A stretch of DNA of 63,832 bases, the filler included, from Lama guanicoe (Eukaryota): assembly GCA_013239625.1 (NCBI GenBank). It is 201 parts of 201 records of this genome, joined end to end, with 100 filler letters (N's around TTAATTAATTAA, not from the genome) between each part and the next. Parts side by side here need not be neighbours in the genome. Positions count along the whole stretch, not along the records: positions 49,926 to 50,143 come from PNXV01039644.1; positions 50,244 to 50,461 come from PNXV01039645.1; positions 50,562 to 50,779 come from PNXV01039646.1; positions 50,880 to 51,097 come from PNXV01039647.1; positions 51,198 to 51,415 come from PNXV01039648.1; positions 51,516 to 51,733 come from PNXV01039649.1; positions 51,834 to 52,051 come from PNXV01039650.1; positions 52,152 to 52,369 come from PNXV01039651.1; 193 more parts are not named here. One strand, written 5' to 3'. Position numbers and translations under genes: made by a program. The notes below the pieces were generated by a model. That model was not told the origin of the DNA. It ran no database searches and worked only from the letters and a program-made list of their open reading frames with translations. Of the stretch, positions 49,826 through 60,552 are shown one piece after another. Each line of letters opens with the position of its first letter. Within the stretch, counting starts at the first letter, position 1.

Positions 49826-50561
49826 NNNNNNNNNNNNNNNNNNNNNNNNNNNNNNNNNNNNNNNNNNNNTTAATTAATTAANNNNNNNNNNNNNNNNNNN
49901 NNNNNNNNNNNNNNNNNNNNNNNNNTTGAAGACATGATTAGATTAAGACCAACACTAGGGCACGATTAATTGATATACGGAACTGACTGTAGTGAAGTGA
50001 AATGGTCCTGGCAAAAAGCATCCTCTGTTCACTCTGTCACATCCTCTCATTTCTAAGCACATTCATGTCCCAGGCACCCTTGGACATGGTTTCTATTTTA
50101 GGGTCTTTTAATACGTTACCTTAGGAGAGAGCAGGACAAGAGCNNNNNNNNNNNNNNNNNNNNNNNNNNNNNNNNNNNNNNNNNNNNTTAATTAATTAAN
50201 NNNNNNNNNNNNNNNNNNNNNNNNNNNNNNNNNNNNNNNNNNNCTCTCACCACTTCTTATGGTTCCAGCTTCTCTGATGTCTTAGGGTGGGATGGCTGGA
50301 GGAGAGGGTGTATCTCTTTTCTGGTGTTTCTGTAATGGGCTCTGTTACTTGTTGCTGCTCCTCTGGCCAGCCGATTCTGACCAGATGTTGGGGTTCTCTG
50401 TTGGAAAAGGGCTGCATGCCCTTGAGGACATCTCCACTGCAGTGTCCTAATGAGGGCAGTGNNNNNNNNNNNNNNNNNNNNNNNNNNNNNNNNNNNNNNN
50501 NNNNNTTAATTAATTAANNNNNNNNNNNNNNNNNNNNNNNNNNNNNNNNNNNNNNNNNNNN

Positions 50562-50740
50562 AAAGGCCCTGAGGTGGGCTATGCCCAGGGTGTCCAAAAC
50601 AAGGAGGAGCGGGGTGGCTGGAGCAGAGTGAAGTGGGAAAGGGAGGTGGTGGGGTGCGTTATGCAGGGTTACACACATTAAAGGAAGGATTAGGGAGTTG
50701 ACTCTAAGGAGACAGGAACCAGTGGGGGCGGGGGTGGCAC
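50562..50740 (-). mobile_element. L2 LINE fragment
   Basis: aaaggccctgaggtggg...gtggctggagcagagtga...ttgactctaaggagacaggaaccagtgggg. Confidence 0.7.
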
Positions 50741-52787
50741 AAATGGGAGACATCTTAACTATATTAACTCTGACCGGAANNNNNNNNNNNNNNNNNNNNN
50801 NNNNNNNNNNNNNNNNNNNNNNNTTAATTAATTAANNNNNNNNNNNNNNNNNNNNNNNNNNNNNNNNNNNNNNNNNNNNCCAGATAATCTAGAAGTCACC
50901 ATGGATGGCTCGGGATGGGAGAGAAGGACGCCAGAATCCCATTCTAATGGCCACGTTCCCTTGGGCACGCACAAGAGTCTTCAATTCCCGTTTCACTTTT
51001 TGATGCTGCTCATTCATTTCTCTTGCCCCCTGTGACTCGTGCCTAATGTTCGTGGTGGGGCGTGAGAAGCACTGGCACTTTACTAGACCTCACAGAANNN
51101 NNNNNNNNNNNNNNNNNNNNNNNNNNNNNNNNNNNNNNNNNTTAATTAATTAANNNNNNNNNNNNNNNNNNNNNNNNNNNNNNNNNNNNNNNNNNNNAAT
51201 AATGTGGTGTTGGTGGACATCTTTGTCTTGTTCCAACTTTAGGTAACGTATCAAAGGGGGTATGAAAGTTTCTGAGGATGTTTCACATTATCAAACTGAC
51301 TAGGGCCCTATGGTATTTAATGGTCGGGGACCGAGGGTGCTATATATCTTGTAAAGCAAATGACAGTCCCATAACAGGAATCACTGTGAAGCTCAAGATG
51401 TCAGTAGTACCCACANNNNNNNNNNNNNNNNNNNNNNNNNNNNNNNNNNNNNNNNNNNNTTAATTAATTAANNNNNNNNNNNNNNNNNNNNNNNNNNNNN
51501 NNNNNNNNNNNNNNNAATGATGATTTGTAAGGTAAAATCTGGTACTCAATTTGACTCCATTCAATTTGATCAATTATCGAGTTTTGGACGTGGGGCCTAG
51601 TGTAAGGGTTAAATGCACAAAGAGTCATAAATGCTACCCTCAAGGGAGAAGGCTTGCCGTCCCACTCGCACACTCAGTTGTCTTAGTCTCACCATGCTTT
51701 TAAAGACCTGGTTGCAGTGTCATCATTTTTATGNNNNNNNNNNNNNNNNNNNNNNNNNNNNNNNNNNNNNNNNNNNNTTAATTAATTAANNNNNNNNNNN
51801 NNNNNNNNNNNNNNNNNNNNNNNNNNNNNNNNNCACCCCTGTCCCGTTGGCCTGCCTCCCCCAACCACCTGCCTCTGAGCATGCCCCCCAACCCCTCTGA
51901 CCTTTGGAGGGATGAGGGGGAGGAGATGAAAAGACAAGACGATTTCTGCTCTCAGTGCTTCCACGTAGTAGTAAGAGGAGCTCACACTTACCAGGCCCAT
52001 TTATGTAATGGGCTTCACTGAGCCAGTGCTGACCTCTGACTCAGCCTCTCCNNNNNNNNNNNNNNNNNNNNNNNNNNNNNNNNNNNNNNNNNNNNTTAAT
52101 TAATTAANNNNNNNNNNNNNNNNNNNNNNNNNNNNNNNNNNNNNNNNNNNNTGCCGTCCGGAAGTTTGGACAGGAGCAGCTGACTGGACTGAAAATGCAC
52201 ATCTTATTTTAAGGTATACTTGCTCTTAGAATTAATCTTGCCACGGTGGAAGTAATCTTCCCACAATTTCGCCCTTGACTTGTGAGAAACATGAGCCCCT
52301 TTCAAATTCGAAGTCTCTGTTTCAGGGGCAGTTTTCTTTGTGTCCTGTCTTCTGACAAAGTCTGCGGTTNNNNNNNNNNNNNNNNNNNNNNNNNNNNNNN
52401 NNNNNNNNNNNNNTTAATTAATTAANNNNNNNNNNNNNNNNNNNNNNNNNNNNNNNNNNNNNNNNNNNNGATGTAACTGAAGTCTTCAAATGTTTAAATT
52501 AGGGGTGGCTGGAAGCCTTTCCTCACCTCTTGTCTCTACAAATGGAAGTGATTTAGACATCACTCTGGTGCTAATCATTTCTTAAACCCATTCATTTGCT
52601 TTCTACTTACAGATAAATTGTTTTCCAAACCAGGGAATTCCTTGTTATTCTTTATTTAAATTCTGTTACAACAGCTATTAAAAGAAGNNNNNNNNNNNNN
52701 NNNNNNNNNNNNNNNNNNNNNNNNNNNNNNNTTAATTAATTAANNNNNNNNNNNNNNNNNNNNNNNNNNNNNNNNNNNNNNNNNNNN

Positions 52788-53004
52788 TCTCTCCACATGC
52801 TCAGTTCTGAGAGATAATTGTGTGTGAATTGCGTCCTTTACCTAGCATGATAGGTACACAAGTTTCTTTTCAGTTGTATACTCCACTGCATACATATGTA
52901 TGGTAGGTACTAGCTCCAACTCGGTTTTAGAGTGAAAACTACAGCATCTTCAAAGTGGCAGTAGGAAACAGTCTGAGAAATCAAAGTAAGTGTTTCTCCT
53001 GCAA
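52788..53004 (+). repeat. Putative tandem satellite monomer fragment (~247-bp unit)
   Basis: 52788-52862 aligns ungapped to 22086-22160 (59/75 identical); 52892-53004 aligns to 21943-~22054. Confidence 0.75.
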
Positions 53005-53422
53005 NNNNNNNNNNNNNNNNNNNNNNNNNNNNNNNNNNNNNNNNNNNNTTAATTAATTAANNNNNNNNNNNNNNNNNNNNNNNNNNNNNNNNNNNNNNNN
53101 NNNNTGAAAGGCCACAGCAATCCACTATCAAGTATGGAATCTACTAACTTACATAAAGTCCAGACAGGGCTCAGGAAAGGAGACAAAATCATATCCTTCT
53201 CTCTCCAGCACTCCCTGCAGACAGGCGGGGAGACATCCTGGGAAATCGATCTGGATTTCTGGCTGCTACGTGTGTCCTGACGGAATATGTTTAGAATCAA
53301 GGTCCTCCACAGTCTATGTTTANNNNNNNNNNNNNNNNNNNNNNNNNNNNNNNNNNNNNNNNNNNNTTAATTAATTAANNNNNNNNNNNNNNNNNNNNNN
53401 NNNNNNNNNNNNNNNNNNNNNN

Positions 53423-53638
53423 GGATTCATTTAAGTTGAGCCAGTCTCATTGATCTAGTAGAGGTCCTTGAGTTGGGAGCCAGGTTCTTCCAGTCCACGG
53501 GGTGTCACCACTGCTGAGAGGAGGATTGGCACCCAACCAGGAGATAGGTCCTAAAAGAGGGGGATCTACAATATGAGCCCAGTATAGGAGCGCTTCTGTG
53601 ACAGAGAGGCAGAGAAGCAAAAGCAGGAGAGGTATTAC
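53423..53638 (-). pseudogene. env: Endogenous betaretrovirus-like (ERV2) env fragment: signal peptide end and SU N-terminus, one premature stop
   Basis: VIPLLLLLCLSVTEA/LLYWAHIVDPPLLGPISWLGANPPLSSGDTPWTGRTWLPTQGPLLDQ*DWLNLNES. YWAxxxxPP...W after a hydrophobic signal is the betaretroviral (MMTV/JSRV/HERV-K) SU signature. TGA at 53449-53447. Confidence 0.75.
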
Positions 53639-54729
53639 CTNNNNNNNNNNNNNNNNNNNNNNNNNNNNNNNNNNNNNNNNNNNNTTAATTAATTAANNNN
53701 NNNNNNNNNNNNNNNNNNNNNNNNNNNNNNNNNNNNNNNNCTAATAATGCACGTACTTATAGATGGAAAAGTAAAAGTGACATTCTGAAACTTTTTTTTT
53801 TTGGTTAGTAATTTAAAAAACATACACGTGTAATTTATACGCCACTTAAGAACTTTCATTTAGGGGAGGCAACTCCTGTGAAAATATTGATGTGAAATTA
53901 ATTTAAGATCAAATAATATTGTAAAAGATTACTATCAAAGACTTTCAGGGATAGAGTCNNNNNNNNNNNNNNNNNNNNNNNNNNNNNNNNNNNNNNNNNN
54001 NNTTAATTAATTAANNNNNNNNNNNNNNNNNNNNNNNNNNNNNNNNNNNNNNNNNNNNATTTAGCCTGTTCATTTGCTCAGAGTAGACTAGTTATGCTGT
54101 GGTAACACTCAGTTCCAAGATGTTAGCAAGTTTACAGTCAGAAAGCTTTACTTCACTCATGCTGTTCACATTGTGGGTTCAGGCTCTCTCCAGGACATCT
54201 TACTTGGAGGGGAGACTCACATGCAGTTTTAAAGCTTCTGCCTGGAAGGAAGGCTCACATCCTCATTTACCTGGCTNNNNNNNNNNNNNNNNNNNNNNNN
54301 NNNNNNNNNNNNNNNNNNNNTTAATTAATTAANNNNNNNNNNNNNNNNNNNNNNNNNNNNNNNNNNNNNNNNNNNNAGTCTGGAAAGACCCTCAGCATCC
54401 TCATACAGCAGCTACTGGGCAATTACTGACTCAACTGGTAGTCTTGGCCACCACTGCATTATTAGTTACAAAGAAGAAAGGAAAAGAATAAATGATGTTC
54501 AGTGTCATCAGGAAACGTCTCGTCCATGTTAATGAGGCTGCCAGTGGCACAAATAACAAACATTTATATTTGTTTGAGAACTGCATCTGTTTATNNNNNN
54601 NNNNNNNNNNNNNNNNNNNNNNNNNNNNNNNNNNNNNNTTAATTAATTAANNNNNNNNNNNNNNNNNNNNNNNNNNNNNNNNNNNNNNNNNNNNCCACCA
54701 AAGAAATGCCGCCAGCCAGGAGCACGGTG

Positions 54730-54830
54730 TTACAGAGCGCATGCTGTGTGCAGGCGCTGTTCCAGGAGGTGGGCTTCAGCAGCAGAGACAGACCCCGGCC
54801 CTGGTGGAGTTCATGTTCTTGGGGGGCCAC
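54730..54830 (-). mobile_element. L2 3' end (antisense)
   Basis: gagcgcatgctgtgtgcaggcgctgttccagg...gagacagaccccggccctggtggagttcatgttcttgg. Confidence 0.6.
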
Positions 54831-55012
54831 AGGGAACACTACAGGGAATGCAGAAGGGGGGGTCATGACACAGGGCGGGGCGGTGTTAATCAACACAGAG
54901 CTGGGCTTGGGGNNNNNNNNNNNNNNNNNNNNNNNNNNNNNNNNNNNNNNNNNNNNTTAATTAATTAANNNNNNNNNNNNNNNNNNNNNNNNNNNNNNNN
55001 NNNNNNNNNNNN

Positions 55013-55230
55013 GCAAAAATAAACTCAAAATGGATCAAAGACTCAAACATAAGACAACATACAATAAACCTCCTAGAAGAAAATCTAGGCAAAGCATTAT
55101 CTCACATACATCACAAAACTCTTCTCCTAGGCCAGTCTACCCAAGCAATAGAAATAACAGCAAGAATAAACAAATGGGATCTGATGAAACTTGCAAGCTT
55201 CTGCACAGCAAAGGAAACCATGAACAAAAC
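55013..55230 (+). mobile_element. L1 ORF2 3' region
   Basis: aaaaataaactcaaaatggatcaaagactcaaacataagac...ctcctagaagaaaatctaggcaaa...cttctgcacagcaaaggaaaccat. Confidence 0.9.
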
Positions 55231-55456
55231 NNNNNNNNNNNNNNNNNNNNNNNNNNNNNNNNNNNNNNNNNNNNTTAATTAATTAANNNNNNNNNNNNNN
55301 NNNNNNNNNNNNNNNNNNNNNNNNNNNNNNCACCAACTATTATTAAAAAATACATTTAATTGTATAAGAATTTCAACTGCTCTGTGTCAATAACAGTTTA
55401 TACTGGCTCTTTTCTCTTTTTACAATAAACTGTTTTGGGTTTTGTTTTTTTTTAAG

Positions 55457-55548
55457 TTTTTTTTTGAGGGGAGGGAGTTAACTAGGTTTATTTATTTATT
55501 TACTTACTTAATTTAACGGAGGTACTGGGGATTGAACCCAGGACCTCG
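55457..55548 (-). mobile_element. tRNA-derived camelid SINE (Vic-1-like), 3' half
   Basis: Minus strand cgaggtcctgggttcaatccccagtacctccgttaa...(taaa)n...cctagttaactccctcccctc(A)n, with Pol III B box GGTTCAATCCC. Confidence 0.8.
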
Positions 55549-57238
55549 NNNNNNNNNNNNNNNNNNNNNNNNNNNNNNNNNNNNNNNNNNNNTTAATTAA
55601 TTAANNNNNNNNNNNNNNNNNNNNNNNNNNNNNNNNNNNNNNNNNNNNCCCCCGCCCAGCACTCGCTGCTGTGCAGCACCTTGTAAATGCCCCGTAAGGC
55701 TGGTTAGGAGGAATGGAGCTGCTCGCCACGGTCAGCCTGGAGTGAAGGGTCCCCACTGCTCCTGACACCCTGCGGGCCCTCTCTCCTGCCTTGGGGTCAA
55801 GAAGGGGAAGGAAGGAAGGCAGGGAGGATGCTGAGCCGCTCCCCTCGGTTCCTGAGGACGGGGTGGNNNNNNNNNNNNNNNNNNNNNNNNNNNNNNNNNN
55901 NNNNNNNNNNTTAATTAATTAANNNNNNNNNNNNNNNNNNNNNNNNNNNNNNNNNNNNNNNNNNNNCTGATCAGGCAGGGGCAGGAAAAAAGATACCGCA
56001 TTTTAATTCAGTGGGGAAAGAATAGTTTAGTTCATAAATGGTGCTGGTAAAACTGGCTCTCCACCTGAGAGAAAGTAAAATTTGACCCTCACTTTTCACC
56101 ATATAAATTCCAGGTAAATTAAATCACAACATGTAAAAACATAGAACAAGACAATGAATGAGGTGATACATGAAAATCAGTGTTNNNNNNNNNNNNNNNN
56201 NNNNNNNNNNNNNNNNNNNNNNNNNNNNTTAATTAATTAANNNNNNNNNNNNNNNNNNNNNNNNNNNNNNNNNNNNNNNNNNNNTTTTATTGCAATAAAA
56301 AAAGACTGGTGAATCTAGGTAATAGGTATAGATTTTATTATACTATTTATGCAACTTTACTCAAGATTCATATTTTTTCAAAAATAAAAAGTTGAATAAA
56401 AAGACTTAAAATTGAGCTTTGAATGACAAAAGTAGTGTCATACAACTGTAAGCAAAGATTTAAAAGAATATCAATTTAAAAGCTCTCTAACTAAAAAAAA
56501 AANNNNNNNNNNNNNNNNNNNNNNNNNNNNNNNNNNNNNNNNNNNNTTAATTAATTAANNNNNNNNNNNNNNNNNNNNNNNNNNNNNNNNNNNNNNNNNN
56601 NNAGCTTTGGTAAATGACTTGTTTAGGAGTCTTTGTTTGTTAAATATGTAATATAATTCATGAGAAACGTATTACCTAGATACTGCAGTGTCTGATCAGT
56701 CAAGGGGCATAAAAATGGTATCAATAAAGAGTCATGGGAGATGGAAATGTATCTGAATACTTTATCTCTTAAAAAAAATTGAAGCAAATATTGAAAAATG
56801 TTAAGATTTCTTTTAACTAANNNNNNNNNNNNNNNNNNNNNNNNNNNNNNNNNNNNNNNNNNNNTTAATTAATTAANNNNNNNNNNNNNNNNNNNNNNNN
56901 NNNNNNNNNNNNNNNNNNNNGGGTTTCAACTGGAAACAGGTGCTCTTGGTTCGTATCACCTCGATGAGTGACATAAACTAAAATGCACTTTTATCTCACT
57001 GGTGATAATCATGGACCCCAATACATTACCTTTTTTATATGCTAAGCCACTAACTTGCTCTAGAGAGGATTACCTCCAGATTCCTAACTGAACCCAAGCC
57101 AGTCTTTTAGGCCTGAGTTTTCCAAGTTGGCTATATACNNNNNNNNNNNNNNNNNNNNNNNNNNNNNNNNNNNNNNNNNNNNTTAATTAATTAANNNNNN
57201 NNNNNNNNNNNNNNNNNNNNNNNNNNNNNNNNNNNNNN

Positions 57239-57456
57239 TTCAGGAATCTCCATACTGTTTTTCACAGTGGCTTCAGCAAACTGCATAAATACAAAACAGA
57301 AACAGACTGATAGATGTAGAATGTAAACTTGTGGTTGCCAAGGTGGAGAGGGTGCAAAAGGACAGATTGGGAGTTCAAAATTTGTAGATACTGATGGGCA
57401 AGTGTAGAAAGATAAACACAATTATACTGTATAGCACAGGGAAATATATACAAGAT
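57239..57456. mobile_element. L1 with internal inversion junction (antisense 57239-57286, sense 57287-57456)
   Basis: Antisense ORF2-end aggaatctccatactgtttttcacagtggcttcagcaaactgcat abuts sense 3' UTR acaaaacagaaacagact...aaacttgtggttgccaagg...gtatagcacagggaaatatatacaa. Confidence 0.8.
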
Positions 57457-57556
57457 NNNNNNNNNNNNNNNNNNNNNNNNNNNNNNNNNNNNNNNNNNNN
57501 TTAATTAATTAANNNNNNNNNNNNNNNNNNNNNNNNNNNNNNNNNNNNNNNNNNNN

Positions 57557-57775
57557 GGTTCTGTTGCACTGAAGGCTCTTTGAAAAGATTAGGCATGTCA
57601 TTCACGGATTCCTCTCAAATAGAAGCTAGAAATAAAGATGAGATTATCCAGAAAAGATTTGTGGATCAGCCTTCTGTCTAATTAAAGGATTCCTTGATAC
57701 ATACATGTGTGATCCATAATGTTCTGGCGAATGCTATAACAGCAGAAACACTGCCAGCATAGATGGAAAAGGGAC
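57557..57775 (+). mobile_element. MaLR internal sequence fragment
   Basis: gagattatccagaaaagatttgtgga...ttctgtctaat pattern of MLT1-int. Confidence 0.5.
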
Positions 57776-57875
57776 NNNNNNNNNNNNNNNNNNNNNNNNN
57801 NNNNNNNNNNNNNNNNNNNTTAATTAATTAANNNNNNNNNNNNNNNNNNNNNNNNNNNNNNNNNNNNNNNNNNNN

Positions 57876-58093
57876 TGTACAGTATGAACTTGTTTATCTG
57901 TTTCATATATAGTAGATCATATCTACAAATCTTGAACTCCCGATTTATCCCTTCCTACCTCCTTCCCCGCTGGTAACCGTAAGTTTGTTTTCTATGTCTG
58001 GAGTCTGCAACTCTTTTTTTCTTCCAGTTTTATTGAGGTATAACTGACATACAGCACTGTAGAAGTTTAAGGTGGACAGAGTAATGACATGAC
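57876..58093 (-). mobile_element. Two adjacent antisense L1 3' fragments
   Basis: cttccccgctggtaaccgtaagtttgttttctatgtctg, then a second poly(T) and ttccagttttattgaggtataactgacatacagcactgt. Confidence 0.8.
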
Positions 58094-58831
58094 NNNNNNN
58101 NNNNNNNNNNNNNNNNNNNNNNNNNNNNNNNNNNNNNTTAATTAATTAANNNNNNNNNNNNNNNNNNNNNNNNNNNNNNNNNNNNNNNNNNNNGTGCAGG
58201 GCAGGGATGCTGTCTAGGGCTCCCGAGGGTGTGTCAGAGGACTCAGGGTCCCACTGCTCTCTGTTGGGTAATTAGAGCATCAAAGAGAATAATAATCACA
58301 GTGGATCAAGGGCACCAACTAATGTTCAACACCAAGGCTTCATGAGAGTGGAAAAAAAAGAAAATCCCTCACTGGTTACCTTTGGAAGACAGTGAGTGAC
58401 CAACAGCTTATTNNNNNNNNNNNNNNNNNNNNNNNNNNNNNNNNNNNNNNNNNNNNTTAATTAATTAANNNNNNNNNNNNNNNNNNNNNNNNNNNNNNNN
58501 NNNNNNNNNNNNATTCCTGGGATTTCTATCATCACCATGTAGGTGACAGAATGACTAAGAGGTAGAAAAATTATCAGCTTAAAACGCCTAGTCAAGATGC
58601 CTGCCAAGGTGGATCTCAACCACTAGGTAGATTAAAATACATGACATGTTTAGCTCCGAACATAAAAGAGTATGCAGGAGAAAAAGTCATGCTGACCACC
58701 AGTAGCCATCAGCTAGCTTGCCTGTACCTCANNNNNNNNNNNNNNNNNNNNNNNNNNNNNNNNNNNNNNNNNNNNTTAATTAATTAANNNNNNNNNNNNN
58801 NNNNNNNNNNNNNNNNNNNNNNNNNNNNNNN

Positions 58832-59050
58832 CCTTCGCTCGAGAGCACGCGGCCAGCCTCAGGCAGGCGGCACTCGGCTGCCACAGGTGCGCCTGCGTCC
58901 CCGCGGCTCCGTGGCCACGCGTGCGCCCCGCGATCGGCCAAGGTGCCCCCCGGATGGTCAGCTCTCGCCAAATGCAGCCGGTCCCCCAGTCCTAGGCCAG
59001 AACCTGCGCCACAGCATGGAACTCCCGCGACGGGGCAAAAGCTTCCCCCG
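58832..59050. promoter_or_regulatory. CpG-island fragment
   Basis: GC-rich with dense CpG; contains E-box CACGCG/CGCGTG-like motifs. Confidence 0.5.
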
Positions 59051-59150
59051 NNNNNNNNNNNNNNNNNNNNNNNNNNNNNNNNNNNNNNNNNNNNTTAATT
59101 AATTAANNNNNNNNNNNNNNNNNNNNNNNNNNNNNNNNNNNNNNNNNNNN

Positions 59151-59369
59151 AGTTTGTTTGGGGTCCGGGGTGTCTTGAAGATTGCATTGTTTTGCTAGTA
59201 GGCAGGGCCAGAGCCCAGCTGGCCCCAGGGCAGGGTCTGGCCTGTGTTTGTGGGCTCCTTCCACAGGCTTTGGGATTGTTGTTTTCCTATTTCACACTGC
59301 TGGGTGAAGCCTGGTCCTGGACCTCTGGTGGGTAGGGCCCTATCTAGAGGATCAGGAAGTCTGCTGATG
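59151..59369 (-). mobile_element. L1 5' region fragment (antisense)
   Basis: ctagtaggcagggccagagcccagctggccccagggcagggtctggcc...cctctggtgggtagggcc resembles laurasiatherian L1 5' sequence. Confidence 0.5.
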
Positions 59370-60118
59370 NNNNNNNNNNNNNNNNNNNNNNNNNNNNNNN
59401 NNNNNNNNNNNNNTTAATTAATTAANNNNNNNNNNNNNNNNNNNNNNNNNNNNNNNNNNNNNNNNNNNNGTGTGGGATTTTATAGTTATGCTAACAATTG
59501 GACAATGGCCTAAAGTAAATAAAATTCTCAGCTAGTGTTTACATTACTTATTAAAAGCCAAGAACGAAGGAGGGTTGTTGTTTTTCGTAATACGAGGTCT
59601 TTTTTTGGAAGTAATAAGATAATCATAGGGTTAGTTTTTTGGGGTGTTTACTTGACTCTACAGTCATACATGGCTAACATATAAAGAANNNNNNNNNNNN
59701 NNNNNNNNNNNNNNNNNNNNNNNNNNNNNNNNTTAATTAATTAANNNNNNNNNNNNNNNNNNNNNNNNNNNNNNNNNNNNNNNNNNNNACACTGCTCAAA
59801 AAGGTAAAGCTTATTCATTTTAAAAAAGGATAGATCCACGTGTCCAATAAATAGCAGGAGCTCACTGCGTGTTTGCTAAGTACCGCTGCCCTCAGCGTCT
59901 GCAGGGGCTGGGTCAGGACCTGCCGGGGACGCCAAACCTGAGGATGGGGAACCTTGGACATGGGCCTCGTATCCTAATCCCGCATCCTCAGGTTCCGCCA
60001 GCCTGGGNNNNNNNNNNNNNNNNNNNNNNNNNNNNNNNNNNNNNNNNNNNNTTAATTAATTAANNNNNNNNNNNNNNNNNNNNNNNNNNNNNNNNNNNNN
60101 NNNNNNNTTAGCACAAAC

Positions 60119-60295
60119 CAGTGGTTCTCACACTGTGGAACCAGCAGTATCAGCACGTCCTGGGAGCATGTTAGAAATGCAGGTTCTTGGGCCCCATCCC
60201 TCACTGACTGAATCAGAAACTCCAGGTGAGGCCAGCAATCTGTTATTCCAGCCTGTCAGGTGATTTTGATGCTGCTGAACATTTGAGAATGGCTG
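60119..60295 (+). mobile_element. MER5A hAT-Charlie MITE, near full length
   Basis: cagtggttctca...gttagaaatgcaggttcttgggccccatccc...actgaatcagaaactc...aggtgattttgatgc...tttgagaatggctg. Confidence 0.9.
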
Positions 60296-60426
60296 GATTT
60301 GATGAATTTGGAACTCCCTTCTAGCTNNNNNNNNNNNNNNNNNNNNNNNNNNNNNNNNNNNNNNNNNNNNTTAATTAATTAANNNNNNNNNNNNNNNNNN
60401 NNNNNNNNNNNNNNNNNNNNNNNNNN

Positions 60427-60552
60427 GACACATTGTAAACTGATTATACTCCAATTTTATATATATATATATAAATGAAATGAATTTTATATATATATAT
60501 AAAATTAGAAAAATAAATAAATTAATCTAATTACCTCCCCTCCTAAAAAAAA
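60427..60552 (+). mobile_element. L1 3' terminus, (TA)n repeats, and a Vic-1-like SINE tail
   Basis: gacacattgtaaactgattatactccaat (L1 end); aaataaataaattaatctaattacctcccctcct(A)n matches the tail seen at 55457-55510. Confidence 0.65.

Noticed and set aside
52600..52687. Apparent minus-strand exon with a GTAAGT donor and AG acceptors
   Set aside because: All three frames from either acceptor contain stop codons.
56955..57007. Stem atcacc...ggtgat enclosing CGATGA, a possible C/D snoRNA
   Set aside because: The C box is imperfect and there is no CTGA D box next to the 3' stem.
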